Part shown: positions 1 to 9,231 of the stretch, in pieces
Layout: every line of letters begins with the position of its first letter
How positions within the stretch are numbered: the stretch's first letter is position 1
From: an uncultured Pelagibacteraceae bacterium
Lineage (GTDB): Bacteria > Pseudomonadota > Alphaproteobacteria > Pelagibacterales > Pelagibacteraceae
Length of the DNA: 64,000 bases
NCBI GenBank assembly: GCA_902597725.1
Contig: CACJYQ010000001.1
Location: 18,413-82,412 of the forward strand
Direction of reading: 5' to 3'
Translations under genes and position numbers: made by a program
Notes under the pieces: generated by a model
Told to the model about the DNA's origin: nothing
The model's input: only the letters and a program-made list of their open reading frames with translations
Database searches by the model: none

Positions 1-64
1 TGGAATGCCTGGAGGAATGGGCGGCATGGGCGGCATGGGAGGAATGGGTGGAATGGGAATGTAA
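1..64 (+). CDS. groEL: Chaperonin GroEL, 3' end only (partial)
   Basis: Frame from nt 2 reads GMPGGMGGMGGMGGMGGMGM-stop, the GGM-repeat tail typical of GroEL; followed by a terminator. Confidence 0.9.
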   Translation, partial: GMPGGMGGMGGMGGMGGMGM

Positions 65-88
65 CCCAATCTCAAATATAAAAAATTT

Positions 89-117
89 AAAGGCCATCTT
101 TTGATGGCCTTTTTTTT
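89..117 (+). terminator. Intrinsic terminator of groEL
   Basis: AAGGCCATC-TTTT-GATGGCCTT perfect hairpin running into a T tract. Confidence 0.9.
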
Positions 118-137
118 GGAAATATTAAAATAATACA

Positions 138-254
138 ATGTCAAAAAGATACAGCGGGAAATCGTTCAAGGACTCAAGTCTTAATAAAAAACCAAAATTA
201 AATTTTAAAGAAAAAAGAAGATTAAAAAGAGAAAAGGCAAAAAAAACAAAATAA
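138..254 (+). CDS. Putative 38-aa highly basic small protein (not in ORF track)
   Basis: ATG at 138, TAA at 252-254; MSKRYSGKSFKDSSLNKKPKLNFKEKRRLKREKAKKTK; TAAAAT -10-like box 6 nt upstream; fills an otherwise unusually long spacer. Confidence 0.6.
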   Translation: MSKRYSGKSFKDSSLNKKPKLNFKEKRRLKREKAKKTK

Positions 255-339
255 CGACATTTTTTGATCAAAATCCCAATATTTATTAGTTTTTTTAAAG
301 TTTTCAAAAAAAATTTTTAAGGTATAAGAGCCAGGATTT

Positions 340-2166
340 ATGAGCAAAGATATTAGAAACATCACCATAATCGCACACGTTGATCACGGAAAAACCACTC
401 TAATTGATAATTTGATGAAGCAGAGTGGCTCATTTAGAGAAAATGAGGTTGTTGACGAAAGACTAATGGATTCAGGTGAGCTTGAGAAAGAAAGAGGAAT
501 AACAATTTTAGCAAAACCTGCATCTATAAATTGGAAGGATTCAAGAATAAATATTATTGATACCCCAGGTCACCGAGATTTTGCAGCAGAAGTTGAAAGA
601 GTTTTAAGCATGGCAGATGGCGCATTACTTTTAATAGATTCTGCTGAAGGAGTTATGCCTCAAACAAAATTCGTGTTATCCAAAGCTTTAAAACAAGGCT
701 TAAAACCGATTGTTGTAATAAATAAATTAGACAAATCAGATCAAAGAGCCAATGAAGTTTTAGATGAGACTTTTGATTTATTTGTAAGTTTAGATGCAAA
801 TGAAGATCAACTAGACTTTCCTGTTTTATATGCAAGTGGAAGATCCGGTTGGGCTGATAAAGAAATTGATGGTCCGAGAGAAAATTTAAATCCTTTATTA
901 GATCAAATTATTGATCATGTAAAACCAGCTAAACTTGATAAAACAAAACCTTTTGCGATGCTGTCTACTCTTCTTTATGCAGACAATTTCTTAGGTAGAA
1001 GCTTGGTCGGAAGAATTGCTCAAGGCACTGCAAAAGCTAATCAATCGATCAAGGCAATAAATCTAAAGGGTGAAAAAGTAGATGAAGGAAGACTTACTAA
1101 AATTTTTAGATATGAGGGCACAAAAAAAGTACCAATCGAAATCGGTGAGGCGGGAGATATTGTAGTTGTCGCTGGTTTAGAAAAAGCAAATGTTGCTGAC
1201 ACAATTTGTGATCTTGAGGTGAATGATCCTATCAAAGCTACTCCAATCGATCCACCAACAATGTCTATTACCATTACCGTAAACACATCTCCTCTTGCAG
1301 GGACTGAGGGTAAAAAACTTACAAGTACTCAAATAAGAGATAGGTTGCTTCAAGAAGCGCAGAATAATGTTGGAATTACTTTTACAGAAAATGAAGGTAA
1401 CGACTCTTTTGTTGTAAGCGGTCGAGGTGAATTAATGTTAGAAATATTACTCACTCAGATGAGAAGAGAAGGTTTTGAAATGACAGTTAGTCCCCCAAAA
1501 GTGCTCTATAAAAAAAATGAAAATGGAAGCAAACTTGAGCCAATAGAAGAAATAACTATGGACCTAGATGAAGAACATTCATCAAAAATTATTGACTCCA
1601 TGAATAGAAGAAAAGGTAAATTAATAGAATTAAAAGATACTGGTAAAAATAAAAAAAGATTAATCTTTCATGCACCAACAAGAGGATTAATGGGATACAC
1701 AAGCCGGTTTCTAACACTTACAAAAGGTAATGGCGTAATAAACAGAATTTTTCATGCATATGGACCATTTGAGGGTGAAATGGAGGGTAGAAGAAATGGT
1801 GCACTTATTTCAATGGAACTAGGGAAAGCAGTTGCATTTGCAATATATAATTTACAGGCTAGAGGAGAGATGTTTGTAACTCACAATGATCCTGTTTATC
1901 CAGGTATGATTGTGGGATTATCTCCTAAACCTGGAGATATGATTATTAATGTTATGAAGGGCAAAAAATTAACTAATATGAGAACACAAGGTACAGATGA
2001 AAACGTCGTTTTAACACCAGTAAGAAAAATGTCCATCGCAGAGCAATTAAGCATGCTAAATACTGATGAGGCTTTAGAAATCACTCCTGACTCTTGTAGG
2101 TTAAGAAAAGCCATTCTTGATCCGCATGAAAGAAAGAGAAGTGAAAAATCAGGCGCTGCTGCCTAA
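340..2166 (+). CDS. typA: Translational GTPase TypA/BipA
   Basis: AHVDHGKTT, ERGITILAK, DTPGHRDF, NKLD, GRGEL, KKLTNMR motifs; 608 aa. Confidence 0.97.
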   Translation: MSKDIRNITIIAHVDHGKTTLIDNLMKQSGSFRENEVVDERLMDSGELEKERGITILAKPASINWKDSRINIIDTPGHRDFAAEVERVLSMADGALLLIDSAEGVMPQTKFVLSKALKQGLKPIVVINKLDKSDQRANEVLDETFDLFVSLDANEDQLDFPVLYASGRSGWADKEIDGPRENLNPLLDQIIDHVKPAKLDKTKPFAMLSTLLYADNFLGRSLVGRIAQGTAKANQSIKAINLKGEKVDEGRLTKIFRYEGTKKVPIEIGEAGDIVVVAGLEKANVADTICDLEVNDPIKATPIDPPTMSITITVNTSPLAGTEGKKLTSTQIRDRLLQEAQNNVGITFTENEGNDSFVVSGRGELMLEILLTQMRREGFEMTVSPPKVLYKKNENGSKLEPIEEITMDLDEEHSSKIIDSMNRRKGKLIELKDTGKNKKRLIFHAPTRGLMGYTSRFLTLTKGNGVINRIFHAYGPFEGEMEGRRNGALISMELGKAVAFAIYNLQARGEMFVTHNDPVYPGMIVGLSPKPGDMIINVMKGKKLTNMRTQGTDENVVLTPVRKMSIAEQLSMLNTDEALEITPDSCRLRKAILDPHERKRSEKSGAAA

Positions 2167-2810
2167 TCGAAAATTTTATCAACTAAATACAGGCCTAAGG
2201 CAACACAAGGACCAATTCCAAAAGCAAATAATAAAGTTCCTACTCCCACAGTTCCACCTAGGTACCAACCGATACTTACAACAGAAATTTCTAAGAATGC
2301 TCTTACGGCAGCAACTGGTAAATTGGTTTTTTTTTGGAGACCAATCATCAAACCATCTCTTGGTCCAGCTCCAAGATTAGATACTAAATAAATACCTCCA
2401 CCAATCCCAACAGTTATTACTGAAATTATTGCCAGAATTAATTGATAAAAGTAATTTGATGGGGTTGGAACAAATTTTATGCAAAGATCAATCATCAATG
2501 CAATAATGATTGCATTAAGTATTGTTCCCATCCCTGGTTTTTGACCAAGCGGTATCCACAAAATTAAAACTGCAACACTTATCAAAAATGTTATTGTTCC
2601 TATACTCAAATTAACATTTAAAGAAATACCTTGAGCTAAAACACTCCATGGAGAAGCACCAGTAAAAGATACAATCAATAGACCTTCTCCAAGACCAAAT
2701 AACATCAATCCAAAACATAAAAAAAAGAATGTAGAAAATTTTGGTTTAAAATTATAAGGCTTATCTGAACTCCAGTTGACCCTTGGTATTTTCTTAATTT
2801 TTAAAAACAT
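2163..2810 (-). CDS. YczE/YyaS/YitT-family membrane protein
   Basis: Multi-TM with GASPW, GAGPRDGLM and GGTVGVGT motifs. Confidence 0.8.
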   Translation of the reverse strand: MFLKIKKIPRVNWSSDKPYNFKPKFSTFFFLCFGLMLFGLGEGLLIVSFTGASPWSVLAQGISLNVNLSIGTITFLISVAVLILWIPLGQKPGMGTILNAIIIALMIDLCIKFVPTPSNYFYQLILAIISVITVGIGGGIYLVSNLGAGPRDGLMIGLQKKTNLPVAAVRAFLEISVVSIGWYLGGTVGVGTLLFAFGIGPCVALGLYLVDKIFD

Positions 2811-2860
2811 TTTAATAAGTTATTTCTATTGTTAACAAAGTCTATTAAACTAGTTGTTAA

Positions 2861-3541
2861 ATGAAAAAAATTATAGTCATTTTATTTCTTTTTATTTATC
2901 CAACAAATTCAATTGCTCATATTGGACATTACATTAAATATAACAAAATTGAGATGGAGATTTTTCGAAATGGTGAGCTTATTGGCTATAATCATTATTT
3001 TTTCAATAGAAATGGATCAGAAACTATTGTTACTAATCAAATTAAGTTTGTAGTTAAACTTTTGGGAGCAACAGTTTTCCAAGTTGAGGGTTATAGCGAG
3101 GAAAAATATTTCAAAGATCAATTAGTTTCTTATAATTCTAAAACTTTACAAAATGACAAAAAGAAGTTTGTTAATTTAACATTTGACCAAAAAAATAAAA
3201 AATTTGATATCGAAGGCTCTTCATATAATGGAGAAGCCTCAATTGATAACGTGATTGGAAATTGGTGGAATCACAAAATTTTACAAGCTAGTTCTCAAAT
3301 AAGTCCGATCTCAGGAAGTATTAAGGATCAAGTTGTAACTTTTTTAGGTAAAGAAAAAATAGATCTTTATGGAAAGGTTTATGATGTTGATCATTTTACA
3401 CTGAAGTCTAAAGACATGAGTATACCAAAAGATAAAAGATTAGATTTTGATATTTGGTATGATCGAAAAAATTTAATGATATTAAAAGTATCCTATTCAA
3501 GGATGGGTAATTGGGAATATAAATTAAAAAAATTTAATTAA
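2861..3541 (+). CDS. Exported beta-rich hypothetical protein (DUF6134-like)
   Basis: N-terminal signal peptide; IFRNGELIG and WYD motifs. Confidence 0.6.
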   Translation: MKKIIVILFLFIYPTNSIAHIGHYIKYNKIEMEIFRNGELIGYNHYFFNRNGSETIVTNQIKFVVKLLGATVFQVEGYSEEKYFKDQLVSYNSKTLQNDKKKFVNLTFDQKNKKFDIEGSSYNGEASIDNVIGNWWNHKILQASSQISPISGSIKDQVVTFLGKEKIDLYGKVYDVDHFTLKSKDMSIPKDKRLDFDIWYDRKNLMILKVSYSRMGNWEYKLKKFN

Positions 3542-4514
3542 TTCCTCTTGAGATTTTTTTAAATAAATCATGTGCACTTATCCATCCTGACTCTAATCTA
3601 GGTCCTACAAACCAATCGGCACAAACACCCAATCTTTTGCTGGGGTCCCAAAAACTCTTAATTTTAAATGGTCTCGAATTTGAAGAGTATCGCCAACCGT
3701 GATTAAGTGAATAATAAATCTTTGTTTTTTTGATATTTGAAAGTTTAAAAAATTTATCAATCATAATTTGTGAATTTTCTTTTTTGTTATTCTTGTTTTT
3801 ATTAATCTTTTTATTTGCCCATTTAAATGTACTTTGAAGAGTCCATAAATCATATTTTGATTTAAATCTTTTTTTTGAATTTTCATTTCCTGCCCAGCCA
3901 AGAATTGAGTCTTCAAAAAGATAGCTACTATTTGAATTCTTGTTTTTTTTTATTGCAATCATAGTGGTAATATTTGCATCCATTTTTATTGATTTTCTTA
4001 AAAAAGACTTATTAATAAATTTCTTAGAAAGTTTCTTTAATTGTGGAAAAGGACAAGTCAAAATTAAGTTTTTAAAGGATCTTAATTTTCCATCGTCAAA
4101 TAACAAATACCAGACTTTATTTTTATAATAGATTTTTTTTAATTCACTGTGATAGTTGCAATTAATTTTCTTTAGTAAATATTTGCTAATATCATTATTT
4201 CCGTTTTTACCAATTACTTTTAAATGTTTTTTATCCTCTTTTTTTTTTGAATTAAGAAAAACATGTTTACCTCTCCATACTTTTAAAATTCTTTTTTTTA
4301 TTAAATCTTTAGTAAATTTTTTAAATTCTTTAGTTTTTGGTGAAATATACTGAGTACCATGATCAAAACCTGTTTTGCCTTTTATTCTTTTAAAAGATGC
4401 ACGACCCCCAGGACCTCTTGCTTTATCGAACAAAATTACTGAATATTTTTTATTAAGAAGATTAGCAATTGTGGATCCAGATATTCCAGAACCAATTATA
4501 CAAAATTCACTCAT
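3534..4514 (-). CDS. Renalase-like NAD(P)/FAD-dependent oxidoreductase (COG3380)
   Basis: IIGSGISG dinucleotide fold, DKARGPGGR, FDHGTQY, HGWRYS, CADWF. Confidence 0.85.
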   Translation of the reverse strand: MSEFCIIGSGISGSTIANLLNKKYSVILFDKARGPGGRASFKRIKGKTGFDHGTQYISPKTKEFKKFTKDLIKKRILKVWRGKHVFLNSKKKEDKKHLKVIGKNGNNDISKYLLKKINCNYHSELKKIYYKNKVWYLLFDDGKLRSFKNLILTCPFPQLKKLSKKFINKSFLRKSIKMDANITTMIAIKKNKNSNSSYLFEDSILGWAGNENSKKRFKSKYDLWTLQSTFKWANKKINKNKNNKKENSQIMIDKFFKLSNIKKTKIYYSLNHGWRYSSNSRPFKIKSFWDPSKRLGVCADWFVGPRLESGWISAHDLFKKISRGIN

Positions 4515-5827
4515 TTACCAGCAACAACCATTCCCTCTATTAACATGGTTGGTGAGTTAGTTGCATATTTGAACTCCAAATCATTTGCTAAGGTAATATT
4601 TTGAAACATGTCTTTAAAATTACCTGCTATAGTAATTTCATTTATTGGATATTTAAACTCACCATTTTCAATTAAAAACCCGGTTGCTCCAACTGAATAA
4701 TCTCCGGTCACAATATTACTTCCATGTCCTATGGTTTCTGTAATATAAAGACTTTTTGAATTTGAATTCAGTAAATCTTTAAAACTAATATTTCCATTTT
4801 CAAAATAAAGATTACTTGTTCCGCCACATCTTCCATTAGATTTAAGATTTAATTTTTTTCCATTGTAAGTATCAATCAGATAATGTTTCAAAATTCCGTG
4901 ATCCACTAATTTAAGTGTGTCGGTTTTTACCCCTTCACTATCAAAATTTCTTGAGCCTAATCCTTTGAGCATATCGGGTTTATCAAATACATTAATTTTA
5001 TCTGAGAATATTTTTTGATTAACTTTATCCTTTAAAAAAGAAGTTCCTCTTGATATTGCTGATGAAGAAATAGCGTTTGCAAAAGTACTTAATACTCCCT
5101 TAGCTATTCTTTTATCAAAAATTATAGCAATTTTCTCACTCCCAATTTTTTTTGGACTTAATTTTCTAATGGTTTGATTAGCAGCAAGTTTACCCAATTC
5201 ATCTGCATCATCTAGGTCTTTAAGGAAACATTTACTAGAATATTCATAATCTCTTTCCATGCTTTTTTCATCTTTTGCAACTGTGACACTTGATGCTGTA
5301 AATGAAGATGTTTTGTAACCATCACAAAAACCTTCGCTGTTAGCTAAAACAAAATTAGATTTATTTTGAGTAAAACTAGACTCAGTATTAACAATTTTTT
5401 TATCGTTGGAAGCTGCAGCCTCTAATTTTTTTAGATAATCTATTTTTTGATTATTTTCTATATGAGTTACATCATAAAGATTTAGGTCCTTGACTTCTTT
5501 TGCAAATAAATCTCTGTCCGGTAAAGAATTAAATTCATCTTCAGGTGTATTTTTTGTAGTCTCAATACATTTTTCAATCAAAATATTTAAATTGTCGTTA
5601 AGCAAATTAGAGGAGGATATTGATGATTTTTTTTTACCAATATACGTAGTGATGCTTATGCCTAGATCATCTGATCTATTAGACTCATCTAATTTTTTAT
5701 TTCTAAAATTTACAGTTTCAGAAATCGAGTTCTTTACAATCACACTTGAATCAGTTGCACCTAATTTCTTTGCTAAACCTAAACAATATGATGCTTTTGT
5801 TTCTAAAAATTCTTGATCTTTAACCAT
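4511..5827 (-). CDS. pmbA: TldE/PmbA non-catalytic subunit of the TldDE metalloprotease
   Basis: FDSEGV, NIVTGDYSVGA, EITIAGN motifs; adjacent to tldD. Confidence 0.92.
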   Translation of the reverse strand: MVKDQEFLETKASYCLGLAKKLGATDSSVIVKNSISETVNFRNKKLDESNRSDDLGISITTYIGKKKSSISSSNLLNDNLNILIEKCIETTKNTPEDEFNSLPDRDLFAKEVKDLNLYDVTHIENNQKIDYLKKLEAAASNDKKIVNTESSFTQNKSNFVLANSEGFCDGYKTSSFTASSVTVAKDEKSMERDYEYSSKCFLKDLDDADELGKLAANQTIRKLSPKKIGSEKIAIIFDKRIAKGVLSTFANAISSSAISRGTSFLKDKVNQKIFSDKINVFDKPDMLKGLGSRNFDSEGVKTDTLKLVDHGILKHYLIDTYNGKKLNLKSNGRCGGTSNLYFENGNISFKDLLNSNSKSLYITETIGHGSNIVTGDYSVGATGFLIENGEFKYPINEITIAGNFKDMFQNITLANDLEFKYATNSPTMLIEGMVVAGK

Positions 5828-7240
5828 TTAAAGTTTCGTACCACCCACAGTCATCTTATTTATTAATATAGATGGCTGCGCTACACCTACGGGGACACCC
5901 TGTCCAGCTTTACCACATGTTCCAATTCCAGGGTCCATCATCATATCATTTCCTACCATAGAAACTTCTTTTAAAATTGAAGGACCATCTCCAATTAATG
6001 TTGCACCCTTAATTGGTGATCCAATTTTGCCATTAACAATTTCATAAGCCTCAGTGCAATTAAATACAAATTTTCCAGAGGTAATATCAACTTGTCCGCC
6101 ACCAAAACTTACTGCAAAAATACCTTTGTCGACTGCCTTAATCATTTCTTCTTGGGTTTGCTTACCGCTTAGCATCATCGTATTTCTCATTCTTGGTAGA
6201 ACTATATGTCTATAGTTTTCTCTTCTGCCGCTACCAGTAGATCTTGCTTTCATCAATCGTGCATTGAGCCTGTCTTGCATAAAATTTTTTAAAATTCCAT
6301 TTTCAATTAAAACAGTTTTTTCTGTTGGTGTTCCCTCATCGTCAATTGTAAGACTGCCTCTTCTATTATCAATGGTACCGTCATCAATAATTGTAACTCC
6401 TTCACTTGCAACTTTTTGACCCATCAGATTATGAAATGCTGAAGTTTTCTTTCTATTGAAATCTCCCTCTAAACCATGACCAACAGCCTCATGAATTAAT
6501 ATTGCTGGCCACCCAGGTCCGAGCACAACCTTCATCTCGCCTGCTGGCGCGGGTTTGCTCTCTAAGTTTACTGATGCTATCCTTAAAGCTTCATCACAAA
6601 CACTTTTCCAATTTTCATCCTTTAGATATGAGTCGTAAGATTGTCTTCCACCAACACCGTATACGCCTGTTTCTTTTCTGCCATCTTTCTCCACCATAAC
6701 TGAAACATTAAATCTTACCAAAGGACGAACATCTGACAAAGTTTCTCCCCCAGATCTAATTATTTCTACAGACTTTTGCTCTCCCAAAAAATTAGCTGTA
6801 ACTTGTTTAACCTTATCACCTTTAGATCGTAAATAATCATTTACATCGTTCAATATTTTAATTTTTTCATTAAGAGATTTTTGCTCAATAGGATTAATAT
6901 TGTCATAATACTTTTTATTTGATTTAGCAATTTCATGATTATAAGTGCCTTTAACAGATTTTAATGTTGATTTTAAATTTTCTGAGGATTGTTTTAGAGA
7001 GTTCTTAGAAATTTCATTAGAATGAGAATAAGCAACCACTTCATCAGATATAGCTCTAAAACCAAATCCTAAATCTGAATTATAACTGGAATTTTTAATT
7101 TTGTTATCGTCTAATAATATCGACTCAGATTTCGAATTTTCTAAATACAATTCACCATCATCACATTTTTGCAAAGTGTCTGAAATAATACTTTCAGCTT
7201 CTTTTCTAGATAAGTCAGATTTTTCAAAGAAATTACTCAC
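5828..7240 (-). CDS. tldD: Metalloprotease TldD
   Basis: HEAVGHGLEGDFNRK zinc motif, PRMRNT, CGKAGQGVPVG; GTG start. Confidence 0.95.
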   Translation of the reverse strand: MSNFFEKSDLSRKEAESIISDTLQKCDDGELYLENSKSESILLDDNKIKNSSYNSDLGFGFRAISDEVVAYSHSNEISKNSLKQSSENLKSTLKSVKGTYNHEIAKSNKKYYDNINPIEQKSLNEKIKILNDVNDYLRSKGDKVKQVTANFLGEQKSVEIIRSGGETLSDVRPLVRFNVSVMVEKDGRKETGVYGVGGRQSYDSYLKDENWKSVCDEALRIASVNLESKPAPAGEMKVVLGPGWPAILIHEAVGHGLEGDFNRKKTSAFHNLMGQKVASEGVTIIDDGTIDNRRGSLTIDDEGTPTEKTVLIENGILKNFMQDRLNARLMKARSTGSGRRENYRHIVLPRMRNTMMLSGKQTQEEMIKAVDKGIFAVSFGGGQVDITSGKFVFNCTEAYEIVNGKIGSPIKGATLIGDGPSILKEVSMVGNDMMMDPGIGTCGKAGQGVPVGVAQPSILINKMTVGGTKL

Positions 7241-7332
7241 AGAGCATTAAATAGATTGTTTCACAAAATTTTCAACTAGAGTATTTTACGCATGTACATA
7301 TCTGAGACAAATTAGTAATAAATTCCCTTATT

Positions 7333-7689
7333 ATGAAAGTTTATTTTAATAATTCCTGTAAAATTTGTAAGGCCGAAATTGATCTTTATAAAAAAGAAAA
7401 AATAGATGACATTGATTGGGTTGATATTACAGATAATGAGTTGGCTGAAAAGGAAACCTCTAAAGACAGCAAACAACTTTTAAGAAGGCTTCATATCAAA
7501 GATGGTGAAAGAGTTTTAGGAGGTGCAGAGGCATTTTTATTATTATGGAAAAAAATGCCAAAATATAAATTTCTCTATAAATTTTTTAAATTACCAATCA
7601 TCTTTAATATATTTTCAGTTGTATATGAAATAGTAGCCTTTTTTCTTTACTTAAAAAATAAAAAGCAACTAAAAAAATCTAACTTGTGA
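7333..7689 (+). CDS. DCC1-like thiol-disulfide oxidoreductase (DUF393)
   Basis: N-terminal YFNNSCKIC (CxxC), LH...GAEAF. Confidence 0.8.
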   Translation: MKVYFNNSCKICKAEIDLYKKEKIDDIDWVDITDNELAEKETSKDSKQLLRRLHIKDGERVLGGAEAFLLLWKKMPKYKFLYKFFKLPIIFNIFSVVYEIVAFFLYLKNKKQLKKSNL

Positions 7690-7972
7690 AAAATAATAAA
7701 AATTTACTTAGTAAAGACATGGAGGATACAAACATTACTAAGACTATTGAGTACATTAGTAATATAATTTTATTTTTTTTTCTTCTTAATCTAACAAAAT
7801 CTTTATCATCCAGATCGGAAATGTCTCTTTCACCAACTACTGGATAATCATAAGTAAATCGCCACGTACTTTCACCAAGTCTTGGGTCTAAATTATTATA
7901 ATATGTAATCCACGCAATAATGTATCTGAAAATTAAATATAAAATAATTAAAAAGGCAGATCCTAAAATCAT
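7679..7972 (-). CDS. Hypothetical two-TM membrane protein
   Basis: 97 aa, hydrophobic ends flanking a charged loop; in line with upstream minus-strand genes. Confidence 0.65.
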   Translation of the reverse strand: MILGSAFLIILYLIFRYIIAWITYYNNLDPRLGESTWRFTYDYPVVGERDISDLDDKDFVRLRRKKNKIILLMYSIVLVMFVSSMSLLSKFLLFFTS

Positions 7973-8002
7973 ATAAGAAAATATCTAATTAAATATAAAT
8001 GT

Positions 8003-9202
8003 TTAATTATCATTTTTGGCTCTTTTCCTTGCAATGAGCTGTGTTAAAGAGTCTACCATGGTGTCTGAGGCCTTAAAGATATCTACATTTCTAAACTCGT
8101 GGGAAAGATTTTTTTCTGGATTAGTTTTATCCTCAATAACAATTCCTTCATCTGGAGAGTTATTTTTAATGTAAATTAATAATAACCACTCATCATCTGA
8201 TGACTCGTCCCATTTAATAAAAACTTCTCCAGTTTCAAATCGTCTATCTATACATCGAAAAATAGACATGTCTCGTGTAATGTGTCTCTTATTTAGTTGA
8301 AATACTAAACTGCTTGCACTTCTGTAAAAGCTTTCAAGTGCAAATTCAACTTTTTGTCTTGCTAAAGTATATTCCTTTTCTTTTTCTAATAAAGTTTCTC
8401 TATCTTCATCACCTTGAAGTTTAACACCCAGTGCCTCAACTCTTTCCTTGATTTTTTGATCTCTGAGTAATCTGTATTTTTCTTTTAATTTGTCGATTCT
8501 CTCTTGTAGCCCGGAATAATCTTCTCTTTTTTCTTTTAATGAAATTTTCTCAAGTTTTTCTAATTCTTTGACTTCTCTTATTCTGAATTTTTCAATTTGT
8601 TTATCTAATCTTAATTGTTTTAAAAATTGTTTTTGCTTTTCTGCTTGTTCGATCCTTAAGAGCGCCTGTTCTTTTCTTAAAAATAATTTTATGTCTTTGG
8701 TTCTCTGTTTTTCTAATCTTTCCTCTTCTTTTAGTGTTTGTTCCTTCAGCTTTAATCTTAAATTTTCTTCTTCTTCTCTCTTTTTTGCTTCCTTAATTTT
8801 TTCTTTTCTCTCTCTTTCAATTTTTTCAATTTTTATTCTTCTTTTTTCATCGGTTTTTAATATTTTGTAGTTAGAAATTGTTTCTGAAATTTTGTCAAAA
8901 AAACTCTGAATGCTTTTTTCCAAACCAAAATTAAATTTAAAATTAAATTGAGGCTTAAGAGATAATTGAAATTTAACTAGTTTTAAGACTAGGCTATCTT
9001 TCTGTTTTTTTTTAATTTTTGATTGGTAATTGACTTTTTTTGGTTTTTTAGACTTATCTTTTTTCTTTTTTTTAATTAACTTGTTTTTTCTTTGTTTTTT
9101 TGAGCTTTTTTTAATTCTATTTTTTTTTCTTTTAACTTTAGTAGCTTTATTTTTCTTTTTAGTTTTTATCTTTTTTTTTGATTTTTTTTGTTTTTTTTTC
9201 AT
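8003..9202 (-). CDS. Hypothetical protein: Lys-rich N-terminus, coiled coil, globular C-terminal domain
   Basis: 399-aa ORF; E/K/R/Q-rich helical centre and ordinary-composition C-terminus. Confidence 0.8.
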   Translation of the reverse strand: MKKKQKKSKKKIKTKKKNKATKVKRKKNRIKKSSKKQRKNKLIKKKKKDKSKKPKKVNYQSKIKKKQKDSLVLKLVKFQLSLKPQFNFKFNFGLEKSIQSFFDKISETISNYKILKTDEKRRIKIEKIERERKEKIKEAKKREEEENLRLKLKEQTLKEEERLEKQRTKDIKLFLRKEQALLRIEQAEKQKQFLKQLRLDKQIEKFRIREVKELEKLEKISLKEKREDYSGLQERIDKLKEKYRLLRDQKIKERVEALGVKLQGDEDRETLLEKEKEYTLARQKVEFALESFYRSASSLVFQLNKRHITRDMSIFRCIDRRFETGEVFIKWDESSDDEWLLLIYIKNNSPDEGIVIEDKTNPEKNLSHEFRNVDIFKASDTMVDSLTQLIARKRAKNDN

Positions 9203-9231
9203 TGTTGAGAGGAAATAACCCTATCAATAAT

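Noticed and set aside
2-64. Tandem GGN-ATG repeats at window start
   Set aside because: They encode the normal GGM tail of GroEL, not a repeat element
125-307. 60-aa minus-strand ORF in the track
   Set aside because: F/L-rich antisense shadow of A-rich DNA; the plus-strand 138..254 ORF is more plausible
8568-9218. Phe-rich plus-strand ORFs (8568..8870, 9030..9218)
   Set aside because: Antisense of the Lys/Glu-rich gene 8003..9202
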